A stretch of 63,513 nucleotides of DNA, the filler included, from Folioceros fuciformis (Eukaryota): assembly GCA_049999805.1 (NCBI GenBank). It is 4 parts of 3 records of this genome, joined end to end, with 100 filler letters (N's around TTAATTAATTAA, not from the genome) between each part and the next. Parts side by side here need not be neighbours in the genome. Positions count along the whole stretch, not along the records: positions 23,668 to 53,842 come from JBNGIO010005636.1; 3 more parts are not named here. One strand, given 5' to 3'. The notes beneath the pieces are model-generated. The model ran no database searches. It was not told the origin of the DNA and saw only the letters and a program-made list of their open reading frames with translations. Of this stretch, positions 37,169 through 49,602 are shown piece by piece. The stretch's first letter is position 1, and every line of letters begins with the position of its first letter. Position numbers and translations under genes: made by a program.

Positions 37169-38701
37169 TCAACGATACTGGATGTGGCCTGTCTTGTTAA
37201 AATGGCACTTGAGGGCCTTAGGATTTGCCCAGGCTGAGGATATATAAGAATCATCCTCATCCTCTTGCAGTTTCTGCGTAAAACCGTGTGTTCTTCATTA
37301 AGAGTAGAATCAAGAGGGTGGAAAAGGAGAGAATACCGTTTTACAGTTCTCAATACATACTTCTTGTTCTTTTTGCTGTTTGTAGTACCATGCCATCATA
37401 GCCTTCTGCGTCTCTTCGTCCACTGGCTGGCAACAAAATATAGCACGCAGACTCAACTGTAGGTCGTAATCTCTCTGTTACATTCTCATGGTGTCTACAA
37501 TAAAGTTTGATCTCCACTTACTGGTTCTCTAGCGGGAGCTTGGAGACCCTTGCCTTGCAGCTTGACGACAACCTGGAAAAGGGCAGCATACAAAGTTTCA
37601 ACGAACCCGACATCGATTGACCGGTTTTGCGAGAACGGTGAGCTAGTTTGGAAATTGCAACAGGATGCTTCCATTACCTTGGTTTTTTCATTTTTCCCTA
37701 GGTGGTCTCCTATCTTTTTTTCTCTGTTGAACTCCTTGCCTGCCCACCACATCTGAGCTGTATCTGGATCAAAGGTATCCTTGCCTGCTTTGCATCAGCC
37801 GGAGAGCCATGACCCATTAGACGATCAATCTGGTTGAAGGAAAATGAGACCGAAAGTTCAGGGCCTGTACATGACGTACGTTCGAAAGTGCCGATCAGCT
37901 CTTGCTGAACAGGATCATATCTGGGCAGGCCCATAGGATAGCATATTGCAACAGCACCCTTTACGTCTAGCAGAACTTCTTTCAAGGATGACAGATCAAG
38001 GGGCACCTTGTGCAACACCTGCTCCTGCAAGTAATTACTTCACATGTTGAAGCTTCAGCCGATACAGACGACATTCAAGTTTTTCTCGACTGAGACCTGC
38101 TGACTTCTGCCAATAAGAGACAACACCGTTTGAAGAGAAGACTGCAGCATTAGGAGACACGACCAGAGCACAACGAGCCCCTGAAACAAAGTTGACCAAG
38201 GGAAACGGGTGGATTTACCTTAGAGACACAGGCTGCAGCGTCAGCAAGCGCTTTGGTGAGAACTTGAGCGACCTCGGGATCGCATGCTGAAAGAAACAAA
38301 ATCCTTGAGACCAAATTGCCAGACAGAATTGTAGCCACAGAGAGAGAGAGAGGGAAAGACATGGTGCAAAATCGTGTGTGCAAGGGCAGAGGTTCCAAAC
38401 CTTCTCCTGTACGGGCACCAGAGGGATCTTTGTTGTAAAAAGGACCCCTAGGTTTATGATGCACGTTGCTGGAGCATTGGGCAGCCCCAGGTTCGTCATC
38501 GCTGTCTTCGTCCTCACATTCAGGATCCCTGGCAGGGCCGTGAAGAGCCAGACGGTTGCCCTCCTCCTTCAGATGCAGCAGCCGCAGCTGCATGTTATGG
38601 ATGCGAACTACATCCTTCACCACGTCATCAACACTTGATGAGGTTGAACACTCGTACAGAAACTGGTGCTCCTCGCTCTGCTTCAGGTGTAGCCGGACCA
38701 T
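37169..38701 (-). CDS. CFAP298: Cilia- and flagella-associated protein 298 (C21orf59/FBB18), multi-exon
   Basis: MVRLHLK..QFL, KDPSGARTG, GAVAICYPMGLPRYDPV, AQMWWAGKE..LGKNEKTKV, QAPAREP, EDEDDSYISSAWANPKALKCHF. Confidence 0.88.
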
Positions 38702-38919
38702 GGTGCTTGACGACACCACTTGCCTGCCTGCCTGCTTCAGGAAAGCATTTGCCGTGGGTCGTGAAGTAAGAGATGCTCACGTCCCTGTACCCCGAGTTCC
38801 GTCACACTTGCGACAGTTACGTTAGGGCCGTTTCTCTCGCTCTCGGTTGAAAGACAATTTTGGCGGGCTTCTGGTAGTCCAAACGAACGGGTTCGAGGGC
38901 TTTCGATTTGCGTGGTGCG

Positions 38920-40022
38920 ATGGCGGTGGGTATAGTTGCAGTGGCAGAACGCGATGCGGAAGGGCGACCCTGCCTGGACGTGGATGACGGGGAATCTGGG
39001 TTTGCGCTGGTGCAGCCAGCTGTGGGCATCGTGCTTGGCAGCTCTCCCTCAGCTCAGCTGGGCACTTTGTACATCACTACCAGGCAAGTGCCTGGTTCTG
39101 TGAGAACTTGCTTCCATGTTCGGAGGTGTGGGGACTGATGCAGTTCGAATACTGTTCCAGGGAGGAACAATGCAATTAGCTGACCCGAACCCTTTGTTGC
39201 AGGCGGCTCATATGGCTGAGTGATGAGAACGCGGACAAAGGATACGCAGTTGATTTCTTGTCGCTGTCGATGCATGCAGTTTCCAGGGATGTTAGCGTTT
39301 TCCCTCAACCTTGTATTTACACCCAGGTACTGCTGCCTTGGCTTACGGTGGATTTTGTTCCCACACAACCGGCATTCACTGTCCCTTGTTATCGGGTCTC
39401 AGATAGAGACTAACGGAATGGATGAGGAAGACGAAGATGAGGGTGGCGAAGACGACGAGGCTTTGCAGGCAGAAGGAGGTGTTCCTGACTTGTCAAAGGT
39501 GCAGGAGATGCGGCTTGTGCCACAGGACCCCAGTGTCTGTATCCTTGGAGTAGCAAACCATGTCGATACCTGATTTCGGGTGTAGCCGAACAGGCCATTG
39601 CTCTGGACCCGATTTTCCTTCACTCTCAGTTAGTGGACAACGTGTTCCAAGTTCTCTGCGACTGTGCAGCTTTAAACCCAGACCCTGAAGGAGGTATGTG
39701 CACGTGATCTGCTGCGCTTGCCGAGTGTCCTCTTTCCAGTTTCAGGCTTTTCTCACATGCTGGCTCGGACTTCAGAACAAGAAGGTGAAGGCGAATGGTT
39801 CTTTAATGCGGCCGAGGTCATGCCGTGTGTCATTGGAGGAGGGGTTAACGGGCACCATGACATCTCCAACGTATGATACTTCACCTTTGTTATGTGCTTG
39901 GCATTTAAGCATATAGCATGTTTAGTGAGGTGGAGATTGCTCTAATCGTCCGTGGCTCGCCACAGCTTGTGATAGATGACGCCAGGTACGAAGATGCAGA
40001 AGAGGAGGACTTTGGAGAGTGA
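38920..40022 (+). CDS. ICLN: pICln (methylosome subunit / chloride conductance regulatory protein), 6 exons
   Basis: GTLYITTR|RLIWLSD..KGYAVDFLSLSMHAVSRD..PCIYTQ, acidic tract, EMRLVP, F..LCDCAALNPDP, C-terminal DARYEDAEE. Confidence 0.88.
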
Positions 40023-40260
40023 CAAACTGATTTCCGGACAGCCATGGTTGACCAGCCTTTTCGAAGAAACAGTAGCTGATGGTTGATACCTGGCTGGCTG
40101 GTGTCCTCATCGATACGTATACATAGGAATGCTCTGGGCTTCTCAGACTCGAATACCTGACACTGTAGATGCATCGATCGACTTTATTGTTGGATTGTTT
40201 TGATGTAACTGTAACTGAAATTCGACAAACTGATTTCATGACGAGGAAATAGCACCAAAT

Positions 40261-41893
40261 TCACGGTAGGAATGGCAGCTGGACACGTTCAAACGAAGAG
40301 AATGTTACATGGCCTGATTCAACGCATGCAAACTTAACTGGCACACCATTATTACTTCTCTCCAGGTCCTCTACCTCCCTAAGCTCGGGAGGACGGTCAC
40401 TGCAGTCACAAAGTGGCAATTCAGTTCTCGCACGACCTGAAGAGGGAACGAATCTTAACAATGCTTGGCACCCTCACCTAATACAAAGGCTGAACGCAGG
40501 CCTTCCTGGTGCAGTCTTTTTGAACTTGCTGTTAGGCAGGTGCACATCATACATGAGCACGAGATGGGAGGTTTGTTGGGGTTGATCAGCATGACCTTTG
40601 AGAGACTCTGCATTGAAATTCGAGACTGTACCACCAGCTTCTACTTCCTGCCCCTCCCAGTGTCTGACCAGATCCGCCCCACCCAACTCGTCCAGCTTCT
40701 CGCCAAACCCCTCTGATAGACTGGCTAGAGAGGTTTCACTGTCACATTTTGCCACCGACGGTGAGCTTAGTAGCTCATTCGTGGGCACTCCAGCCTCATC
40801 AGTCCCCACATCTATCTCATCCGATGATTCCTCGTCTTCCGTAGATTGTTCCTTAACATCTAACAAACTCATCAACTGAACCGTGGACGATGCACTGTCA
40901 TAGCTGCTACTGCTTGTCTGCTGTTTTTCAGAAGACTCCAGGTTCTTAACGAGCCTTCTCGCAGACTTATTTGTCCACACCACGTCATGTCTACGGACAA
41001 CGTAGCCAAGCTTCTTCAAATAAGCATAACACAGATAAGCACTCCAAGAACAGCCACACGACGTGCCGGCCAACATCCTATACAGGTCGGCAGTTGGCAT
41101 CAAAACTTGCCCCATCATGAGAGCTAGGCTTCCATGCTCCACCAACCACCTGGACAAAAGGACCTGCTCTCAACCACCCAATCCAGCAGAGCAATTGGAA
41201 TCTGGTATAGCAGCAACAGCAGCATGGGAAGAAAATGAAACGCACAGTGCTTCTTCAAAATGACAGAAAATCTTGCCGTCCCGAATAATCCCAGTCGTGT
41301 TCCACAACTTGCCTCTCCTTACCACAAGCTCTGCCATGCCTCTCTCTGGCTGCCAAACTGCAACAGACACATCCTTCCTACAGCACAGAGACATCATCCA
41401 GACAGTCACACAACTCCAACATTTTCAGCATTGTCGTCGTTTACCGAACCTGCAAGGTTGCATGCATAAGTCACCTGGAAAGCTGCTCGCATGGCCTAAT
41501 CTGGTGGGCTGTAAAAACGTCCCCACCCGTATCTCCACGGTCGATGGACCCGAGCTCTGTCACGCAGGCAGCAGCCTTTCCGGCCGTGCATGGTCCAAAA
41601 CAGGGCTCAGCAGCAGACAGAGACCACCCTGCGGAAACACTGCCACCCTCATCGCCACGGTCGATGGACCCGAACTCTGTAACGGAGGCAGCAGCCTTTC
41701 CAGCCGTGCATGGTCCAAAACAGGGCACAGCAGCAGACAGAGACGGCCCTGTGGAAACACGGCCACCCTCATCTCCACGGTCGATGGACCCGAACTCTGT
41801 AACGGAGGCAGCAGCCTGTCCGGCCGTGCATGGAGCAAAATAGGGCTCAGCAGCACGCAGAGATCGTCCCACCTCCGAATCTGAGGCTTTCAT
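40261..41893 (-). CDS. SEN54: tRNA-splicing endonuclease subunit Sen54, with an N-terminal repeat extension
   Basis: KDVSVAVW..GMAELVVRRGKLWNTTGIIRDGKIFCHFEEAL, YAYLKKLGYVVRRH, YDVHLPNSKFKKTAPGRPAF, VKFACVESGHVTFSSF; start codon inferred. Confidence 0.82.
41524..41869. repeat. 120-bp (40-codon) tandem repeat, about 3 copies, inside SEN54 exon 1
   Basis: The core CCACGGTCGATGGACCCGA recurs every 120 bp (near 41535, 41655, 41775). Confidence 0.95.
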
Positions 41894-42295
41894 GAGGACG
41901 CAAACATTTGCAAAGCCTTCAGCGCAGAAGCCGCAGCACGATTGAGCCACCCATCGCGCAAGACATCATATCCTTGCCCAAGAGCCCACATCAGGAGGGG
42001 AACTGGAAGTAGGAGTTTCCCGGCATAGCATGTCCGTGCCACAGTTCTCGGATCCGAATTTCAAAATTCAAGGAAACCACATCAAAAAGCGGCGGGGAAA
42101 GAACAATCCGTTGGCACAACTCCTCCACCACACCCAATTCTCCACGTTCACTTATTACAGCACGTCGGCTAGCCAACACAGCTCCTGCCCTCGGCTACCG
42201 CACTTGGGGAAACGGCAACTGAGTTGTGTAGAGAGATAGTTGCAGAAATGAGCTGTGGCTGCTGTTGGTGTACTGTCGAGCAATGACTTGTGATA

Positions 42296-44912
42296 ATGCA
42301 TCATGCCCGATCGCGCATCGGGGCCAGTCAGGGAATGAAGCCATCCGTTTCACGGCCCACACACTACCTTCTGATTGCCGCATGTTACTGCGTCTTCACC
42401 TGTTCAAGCCAAGTGCAACCAGGTGGGTAGCAATCCGAGTGCATCCCAGCACGCCCAGCACGCTGTGAGCTAACTCCTTTTGCCTTACGTTGCAGCAACA
42501 GGAACAGAAGCGGTGCTTTGCCCTGCTGGATGGCAGGCGGAGCCCGGTGTCGGCCGCTGCCTTTTGGTGGAGGCCGGGGCCAGCAGCACTTGGAGCGAAG
42601 CCGAGATGTCGTGCCGTGAGGAAGGAGGCGAGCTGGCGGCTCTGAGCTCGCTGCAGGAGCTGCTGTATGTACAGACGGAGTGCGGCCCAAGCTGCTGGGT
42701 GGGTGGCCACCAGGTGGAAGACGGCAGGGGCGGACTGATATGGAGCTGGAGCGACTGCCAAGTTGGCTGGAACAGGTCGGGGCCTTTGGGAAATCCTGCA
42801 TTGCCCAACACCACGTCTGCCGTGGATGGAAAATGCACCTTGGTTGCACAGGGAGTGGCCACTCTTGTGGCACAGAATTGCAGCTCGTTACACAGTTTTG
42901 TTTGTTCACAAAGAGGTGATGTTTTGATTTGGTCTGATCTGGTCTGGAGATGGTGGGTGCGAGCCTTCTCCGGCTTCTGATGTTGATGATGCTGTTGGGG
43001 AAATGCAGGAATAGGATGCGCAGGGAGATCCCAGCACAAAGAGTATATAATCATACTAATAGCTGTCAGCTGTTTCATTCTTGCCACCACTCTGGGAGTC
43101 CTCATCTGGCTCCTTGCTTTCAAGAGAAGCAGGAGAAGGAGGAAGGGTCGGAGGCATGGCAGCAGCCCTTCCTCCTCAGCCTTCATGTCACCACCATGGA
43201 TCCTGTACACCTCCAGTGACCTGAGCTCAGCCACCGGCAGCTTCAGCGAGAGCAACCGGCTGGGGGAGGGCAGGGGGAGCACCTACAGAGGCGTGCTGCC
43301 GGATGGATCCGTGGTTGCCGTCAAGAGGCTCAGGAGGTCCAGCCTCCAGGGAAGGAGGGATTTTCTGGCTGAGATGATTAGTATCGCGCGGCTTCGCCAT
43401 CCTAATTTGGTGGCGGTGAAGGGATGCTGCTTCGAGAACGGGGAGCGGTACATCGTGTACGAATTCGTGTCCAACGGGCCTCTGGACAAATGGCTCCACG
43501 GGCTTCCCAAGGGATCCAGGAGCCTGGACTGGGATCTGCGGATCCACATCGCCGCCACGGCCGCGCAGGGCATTTCGTAAGGCCATTGGAAACCCTAGCT
43601 TTGTGTGTGATTCTTGGCCTGGTTTGATTGACTTGGCCTTCCATTGCTCTGCTTGGAATTGCCTTGCGCTGTATGGCTTTGCATTGCTTTGCTCTGTAAT
43701 ACTTCGTATTGCGTTGTTTCGCTCTGTATGGCACTTCGTGGCCTGACTTGCGTGCTTTGTTGACTTCTCGTGCGTTCCTTGATTTGATTACGCAGCCGAT
43801 TCTGTCTGCTTTGCTTGCGTGGTCTGTTTTGCCTGTTGTGATCGCTGTCTTAGCCTGCTGTGGACCTGTTTGCTATGCCTGCTCTTCTTCCGTTGATTGT
43901 TGTCAACATTCCGTTTGGTCTGCATGTTTTGATGTTGTTTGTTGTCAACCATGGATTTGGTCTGCATGTTTTGATTCATCAGCGTGCTTTGGTTGCGTTC
44001 TCAGCCTACTCCGCTTTCCTTCCGTCCCCTCCTTAACTTGCTCTGTCGATCACAGTCGACAGAGCAAGTTTCTCCCGATTGATCGACTTGCTGCTGTGCG
44101 TGCCTCCTTAGGCCGCTTTGGATTGTTTAGTTGCTGTCCTTGTTTTGATTGATCGGCTTGCTTTGCTTCACTGGCGTGCTTTGGCTTGCTTACCCTAATT
44201 TGCTTTGTCTGCCTGAAGGTTATAGAAAAAAAGAGAGATGGAAGTTCCATCTACCCAAGGGGAACCTGTTTATGATTGAACCGCCTTCTTTTCCCTGCTT
44301 AACCTGCTCTGCTTGTCTTTGCTGCCGTGCGTGTGAGGTCGCTCCCTCACTCGCTCACTCACAGCGTGAGTCTTGCCTGCCAGGTTTTTGCACGACAAGG
44401 TGAAGCCCCACGTGGTGCACAGGGACATAAGGTCCAGCAACATCTTGCTTGACGACAAGTTCGAGGCGCGGGTACTGGGAGTGGGACTTGTGAAGATGAT
44501 GCCGCGGGAGGCAGTGAGCGAGCAGCCTGTGGCCCGGAACTACGGCTACCGAGCACCCGAGTTTATGTACCGGAACGAGCTCACGGTGAAGAGCGATGTG
44601 TACAGCTTCGGGGTGCTGCTGCTGGAGCTGGTGAGTGGGAAGAAGCCTGAGGACGTGGGGACCAATGGGCAGAGCTTCCTGGAATGGGCTACCCCGCTGT
44701 TCCAGGCCAAGCGGCTGGCCGAGATACTAGACCCTGCCATAGTGACAGTGCCGGACGTGAGCAAGATCCAGCTGGTCGTGGACCTCGTCAAGGCTTGCAC
44801 ACAGGCGGTGCCCGCCATGCGCCCCAGAATGTCTTACGTTTTGCACCAGCTGCAGGGCATCGATGTGTCTGACATATCGGACGCCAGCCAGCCGGAGAAC
44901 ATCGTCTTCTAA
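42296..44912 (+). CDS. C-type lectin receptor-like kinase (At1g52310-like), 4 exons
   Basis: Signal-like exon 1; C-lectin CPAGW..C..WSEAEMSC..GGELAALSS..CWVGG..WSWSD; TM helix plus RSRRRRK; kinase VAVKRL, HRDIRSSNILL, GVGL in place of DFG, GYRAPEF, KSDVYSFGVLLLE. Confidence 0.9.
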
Positions 44913-45369
44913 ACGTTAACGGCTTGCCTTGTTCCTTCTAGACGAAGGAAGTCCTTCACACGTCAGAGGCACTATAGTGCGTCCTCAGGGGAATGGGGAC
45001 AAATTCAGACAGGTTGGTCACTCTAGCATCCAACTTCTGTTGTTTGTACATACAATAACTACTCGTCAGCAGACAAACCATGAGAGTACGAAACTTGTGA
45101 TGTTGAGTTGGATTGTGCGAACTTGGTTTGCGTAGAAGGGAGACTCGTGCGTTAAAGGCGTTAAGATAGACAAATTACGTAATTAACTTACTGCGACCTC
45201 CACATAACCGGTTGGTCACTCTAGCATCCAATTACATACAACATCCCCGCCTTTGATAGCAGATCTACCTCGTCTGCAAACAAACGATGAAACTCACCAC
45301 TTTTCTGAACAAAAATATGAATTGGGAAAGGCACTTCTCACGTTGTGCTGAGCCCCAGGCTTCTAGACA

Positions 45370-47313
45370 TTAAGCTGCATCTGCTGCGACGGCAGAGGGG
45401 TTTGCTTCTCCACCCTCCACTGCATCCAACTTGGCGTTATCGAGCTCCACGGCAGCCACAGCAGCAGGTTCTTGCTTCAAGACGTTACCAACCTCCACGA
45501 TGCCAAGGTCATCTTCAGCCACCTCCACGATGCCCAGCTCCGGTTCTGTGATGCTCAGTTCCGGCTCGGAGATGCTCAGTCCCAGATCTGTCACCTCGAC
45601 GATGCCCAGCTCGGGCTCTACGATGCCATCGTTCTGTTTCTTTTCAACATCCTGAGTAGTGGTGTCAACACTTCCTTGTGGACCCTCCAGACCTTTACCA
45701 TACTTGGCTGGGCCCTTGCCGTTTCCCACCCTCTCAGGACACAGTGGTGGAAACTCCAAAACGGTACTGCTAATATCATCGGCGTCTGGCACCTCCAAAA
45801 TGCCAAGTTCCTCTCCTGCCACGCTGTCAATGTGACCATTGCCGTTTTCATCCTCCGCTGTATCTCCCCCATCCTCACTTCCACCAAAACCATTTACAGC
45901 TGTTCCGTTAACTGCATCCGAAACCCTAGTCTTCTGAAGGCCAGCATCTCCGAGAAGTGCCTTTTTCTCTCTGGCCTCCCTTGCCTCCACTTGGAGGGCC
46001 AAAAACTTATCCTTGGCCGCCTTCACGTCCTCTAGGCTCTTGGTAACATCTCCGATAGTCGAAGGAGGTGACAACTTAATTTTGGCAAACGAGGATAAGG
46101 CATCTACCGAGAGTGTGATCCTCTCCTTGTCCTTGTTCCTGAGAGGGGCTGGCGCTCTTGTCTTCTTCCCCTTCCCTTTGCCTCCTCCACAGCCTGCGAA
46201 CCATCCATCTAGGTCGCCATCGCTCTTCTTAGAGGACACCACCATCCCTTTAGGCGCAGCAAACTCAGCTTGAACGGCCGCCGACGTCACCTGACTCTCC
46301 CCTGCCGGAGTAACATACTTACACAAGTACGAAGAAAGCTGATCGCAGAGAATGAGCTCGTCTGTGAAGGGCTCCACAAAGTTTTCGAGCTCCTTCTGCT
46401 TCCTGAAGGCCTCCCTTTCCTTCCTTTCAGCCTCACGCTTTTCATAATTCCTCTTCCTGTCAGCGAACTGTTGGTCCTTGAACTCCCTCTCCCGCTGCCA
46501 GTACTCATCCTCTTTTAGCCTGTGCTCATGCCTGAGCACCCTTATTTCGTCCGCAAGGATTCTCGTTTTGTCGTAGGCACTCTTTTTCTCTTCGTGCAAG
46601 AGAGGAAGTTCAGAACCCTCGGCACTTTCCTTCTGCTTGATTTCCGTCATGACCTTCTTCTGAAGCTCCTGCTTCTCCTTCACGTCGTTCAGCAACTCGT
46701 TGATTGACTTCATCTTTTCGAGAAAGACTGATCTAGAGCCTTCGTCCTCCGCTATATGCTCCAGCAGCTCATTGTACTGGTTGATGGATTCCCTTGACTT
46801 AGTCAACTCCTTGATCTGCTGAATGACCTTCTTCTCTTCGGAGAGGGTCAAGGAGGTGTGAGACATCTTGTACTCCAGCCTCTTAACCTCCTCATCTACC
46901 TGGTCCAACTTCACAAACTGCAGCTTGTCCCGCATGGCTCTCGCTTCTCCCCTCATCTGCTCCCTCGCCTTGTCAGCCAAGTCCAATTCATCCCGAATAG
47001 CTTTCTTCTGCTCCACCAGAGTCCGGAACTCGGTGTTCAATTCGGTCTGGCGACTACGAGCTTCCCCAACCTTCTGGCTGATTGCATGCCTGTTCTCATG
47101 TTTGCTCTGCAAGGCTTTGTTGATCTCAGCAATCCTCCCTTGCAGCGCCACTATTGCCGCCTTCTTCTTCTCCACTTCCTGCTCCAGCGCCGCTTTGTCA
47201 GGACGTTCGAGCCTCTTCACTCGCCCCGTCCCGCTCTTCACCCCCTTCCCCACAGGCACCGAATCCGTCGCCTCCGCGGCCACTGCCACCGGCACTTCCC
47301 TTAGTCCCACCAT
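45370..47313 (-). CDS. Long coiled-coil protein, Bfr1 / proton-pump-interactor-like, intronless CDS
   Basis: 650-aa ORF; LEYKMSHTSLTLSEEKKVIQQIKELTKSR, PFTDELILCDQL, LSVDALSSFAKIKLSPPST; C-terminal ELGIVEV repeats. Confidence 0.7.
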   Translation of the reverse strand: MVGLREVPVAVAAEATDSVPVGKGVKSGTGRVKRLERPDKAALEQEVEKKKAAIVALQGRIAEINKALQSKHENRHAISQKVGEARSRQTELNTEFRTLVEQKKAIRDELDLADKAREQMRGEARAMRDKLQFVKLDQVDEEVKRLEYKMSHTSLTLSEEKKVIQQIKELTKSRESINQYNELLEHIAEDEGSRSVFLEKMKSINELLNDVKEKQELQKKVMTEIKQKESAEGSELPLLHEEKKSAYDKTRILADEIRVLRHEHRLKEDEYWQREREFKDQQFADRKRNYEKREAERKEREAFRKQKELENFVEPFTDELILCDQLSSYLCKYVTPAGESQVTSAAVQAEFAAPKGMVVSSKKSDGDLDGWFAGCGGGKGKGKKTRAPAPLRNKDKERITLSVDALSSFAKIKLSPPSTIGDVTKSLEDVKAAKDKFLALQVEAREAREKKALLGDAGLQKTRVSDAVNGTAVNGFGGSEDGGDTAEDENGNGHIDSVAGEELGILEVPDADDISSTVLEFPPLCPERVGNGKGPAKYGKGLEGPQGSVDTTTQDVEKKQNDGIVEPELGIVEVTDLGLSISEPELSITEPELGIVEVAEDDLGIVEVGNVLKQEPAAVAAVELDNAKLDAVEGGEANPSAVAADAA

Positions 47314-49602
47314 GTTGTCCACGGATGCTGTACCTCACACAATCTCAGATCTGACAATCCTGCACCTCCTGCTCCCAATCCCGCAGCTTCTCCTACCAGA
47401 AAACACAAGCTTGGAAGCTCCTGCAACCTGTAACATAACCTAGCGCCAGTGCATGCGAGTTGGAAAGATGCAAGTCCTCACGGAACGGAATTCCGCACCT
47501 CTGACTCCGATCTCCTTCGGCTGCTCCCCCCGCAGCTCAGAGAAGGCTCTGACAAGGGCTCCGGACCCCGGAGCTGCTTTTCGAGCCCTCGCAACCGATG
47601 GTGGCACAATCCACCGCACCAGGCCTCACTCTGAGCAGAGAGGAGCAGAGGGCGAGTGCATGGATGCGATGTGAAAGACCCCCAGCAGTTTCTAATTCTG
47701 TACCTACGGCTGACAAAACGTAAGATCTTTACAGTGACTATAGTAGAATTTAGAAACACAGCTCCCCTCCACTAACTTTTCACGATATTTAACTAACAAA
47801 GCCTATCACCCCAAGTCTCTCTCTTCTTCCCACGTCTCTATTTATTGAGACAAGGAAGCCAAGTTTCTCGGAAGAATAAGTCGCTTAGTTCAGTTAGGCT
47901 GGAGGTGCTAATTCCAGTAATGTTGGTACTTATATCTAACCGAACAACTAATGTATACATATATAGATGTATATAAGTTCTCAATTAAATTTCTTGTCTT
48001 TAATTATATTTTTTTATACACAATCATTCATACACTTACATGTAATCGAAATCAAGCTTACCATTTTCGAAATTATATCAAACCTAAGGCTATATATGTA
48101 AGGCCCTATAGACCAAACAACACCAAGTAAGTTAAGCTTTGCTAACGAGCTATTCCTCTCCTTCTTTAGTTGTTATATCACTCAAGTACTTCACGAATGA
48201 GGGATCCTTCTTTAGTTGTTATGTCACTCATTACTTGGACGATTGACTAGACTATAGTCATCTAACAAGTACTGGGCTGTAACTTAGACTAAGAGAAATA
48301 CCCTAGGCATGCTATAGGCATAAGATTCATACCATGTTATTATGGATTCAGTGAGTGGGTCATTCGAATTGCAAAAGCTTGTGCACATGATCTTATGTGT
48401 GATAGTGGCATAAAAGGTTCTTTCGTGCTTCACATGCATACTCATTGTTGAATTGCTCGCACATAATTGTTGAGGTTGTTTCTGCAGTCCAGTATAAAGC
48501 CTACTATTCCAATAAATAGCAAGACTACCTTCTTTGCATTGGTCTTATGTTATTAGTCTACATTAGAGATGGGTTCCTTCCATTGATATCTCAAACTTGA
48601 GGTATGAAGGGTGCAAAAGAAGGGTGCAAAAGAAGCCAACTGGTTTCACATGAGGACCACAAGCATAAGACCCTTGCATGAAAGGTAGTTAGAGAACACC
48701 ATCTATTGGGATAGTAGTACTATGCTTGACTGCAGGAAGTGCCTCATCATCTATGTGGGACGCAATTCAACAATATGTATCCTTGTGATGCAAGTAAGTG
48801 CCTTACATGGGATGGATTTCAAAAGTGTATATCCATCATGCAATGCAATGCAATGGAATCCACCACTAGTGTTAATGCAAAGTGTGGTTGGCTTAGGAGA
48901 TCGTGGCTCAAAACTGGCCAACCAACACAAGATTACATAGTGTCACTAACTCTAGTGGTTGGTAGAGCCTTACCATCATATTTTAGGTTCAGTCACTAGG
49001 GCTTCAAAAGTTAGTCTCTAGTGTCCCTACCATGATTTATTTCCTTGTTAGGGTAGATAGGTTTTCGGGTTTTCCATCTTTTTCTTCTATAATAAATATC
49101 TTTTTTTTCCTCAACCTTGAAAGTTGGGCGGCTAAGGGTCCTGCGTAATGGACCAAGACCTACAAATATACCTCCATCCAAGCACAAAAGAAGCAAGGTA
49201 TGCTAGAGAAGAGATTGAACCTACAGAAATATTAGTATCAACGTTACCCACCTCAAACCCGACACTAGAGGGCCTACTGGTTGCTAAGCCTAAATATTTG
49301 TTCGCCAAGATATGGGCTCGCGAACCGACATGCCATGCCATGAGCATGGCCTTCCTCTCCCCTACTCCTCTCTCTCTTATCTGTGCCAACCCGCGACCAA
49401 GCTACCAGGAGCAACAGGAAACTAATTCAAGTTCCCGTCACCCTGATTGTCATGCCAATTCTCGCGGAGATACTACTCGCCCTTCGTTCGTTTCAGTTGA
49501 GAACGAGAGCGGAGAGAGCGCTCCGCTCAAAGCATGGCACACAGTAAGAGTTGAAAGACCGAAGGCTGGGGAGGATGCACGTATATTGATCGTGCTCCAG
49601 CG

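Noticed and set aside
31820-41893. Apparent functional cluster (SKA1 with APC8 for mitosis; pICln with SEN54 for RNA processing)
   Set aside because: Ordinary housekeeping neighbours in a gene-dense genome; no shared regulatory structure seen
43580-44380. Cys-rich ORFs and pentamer repeats in the RLK's long intron
   Set aside because: Low-complexity TTGC(T)-rich intronic sequence lying between frame-compatible kinase exons
44460-44495. Kinase lacking DFG (VLGVGL) as a novel pseudokinase
   Set aside because: As I recall, this substitution is a normal feature of the plant C-type lectin RLK family
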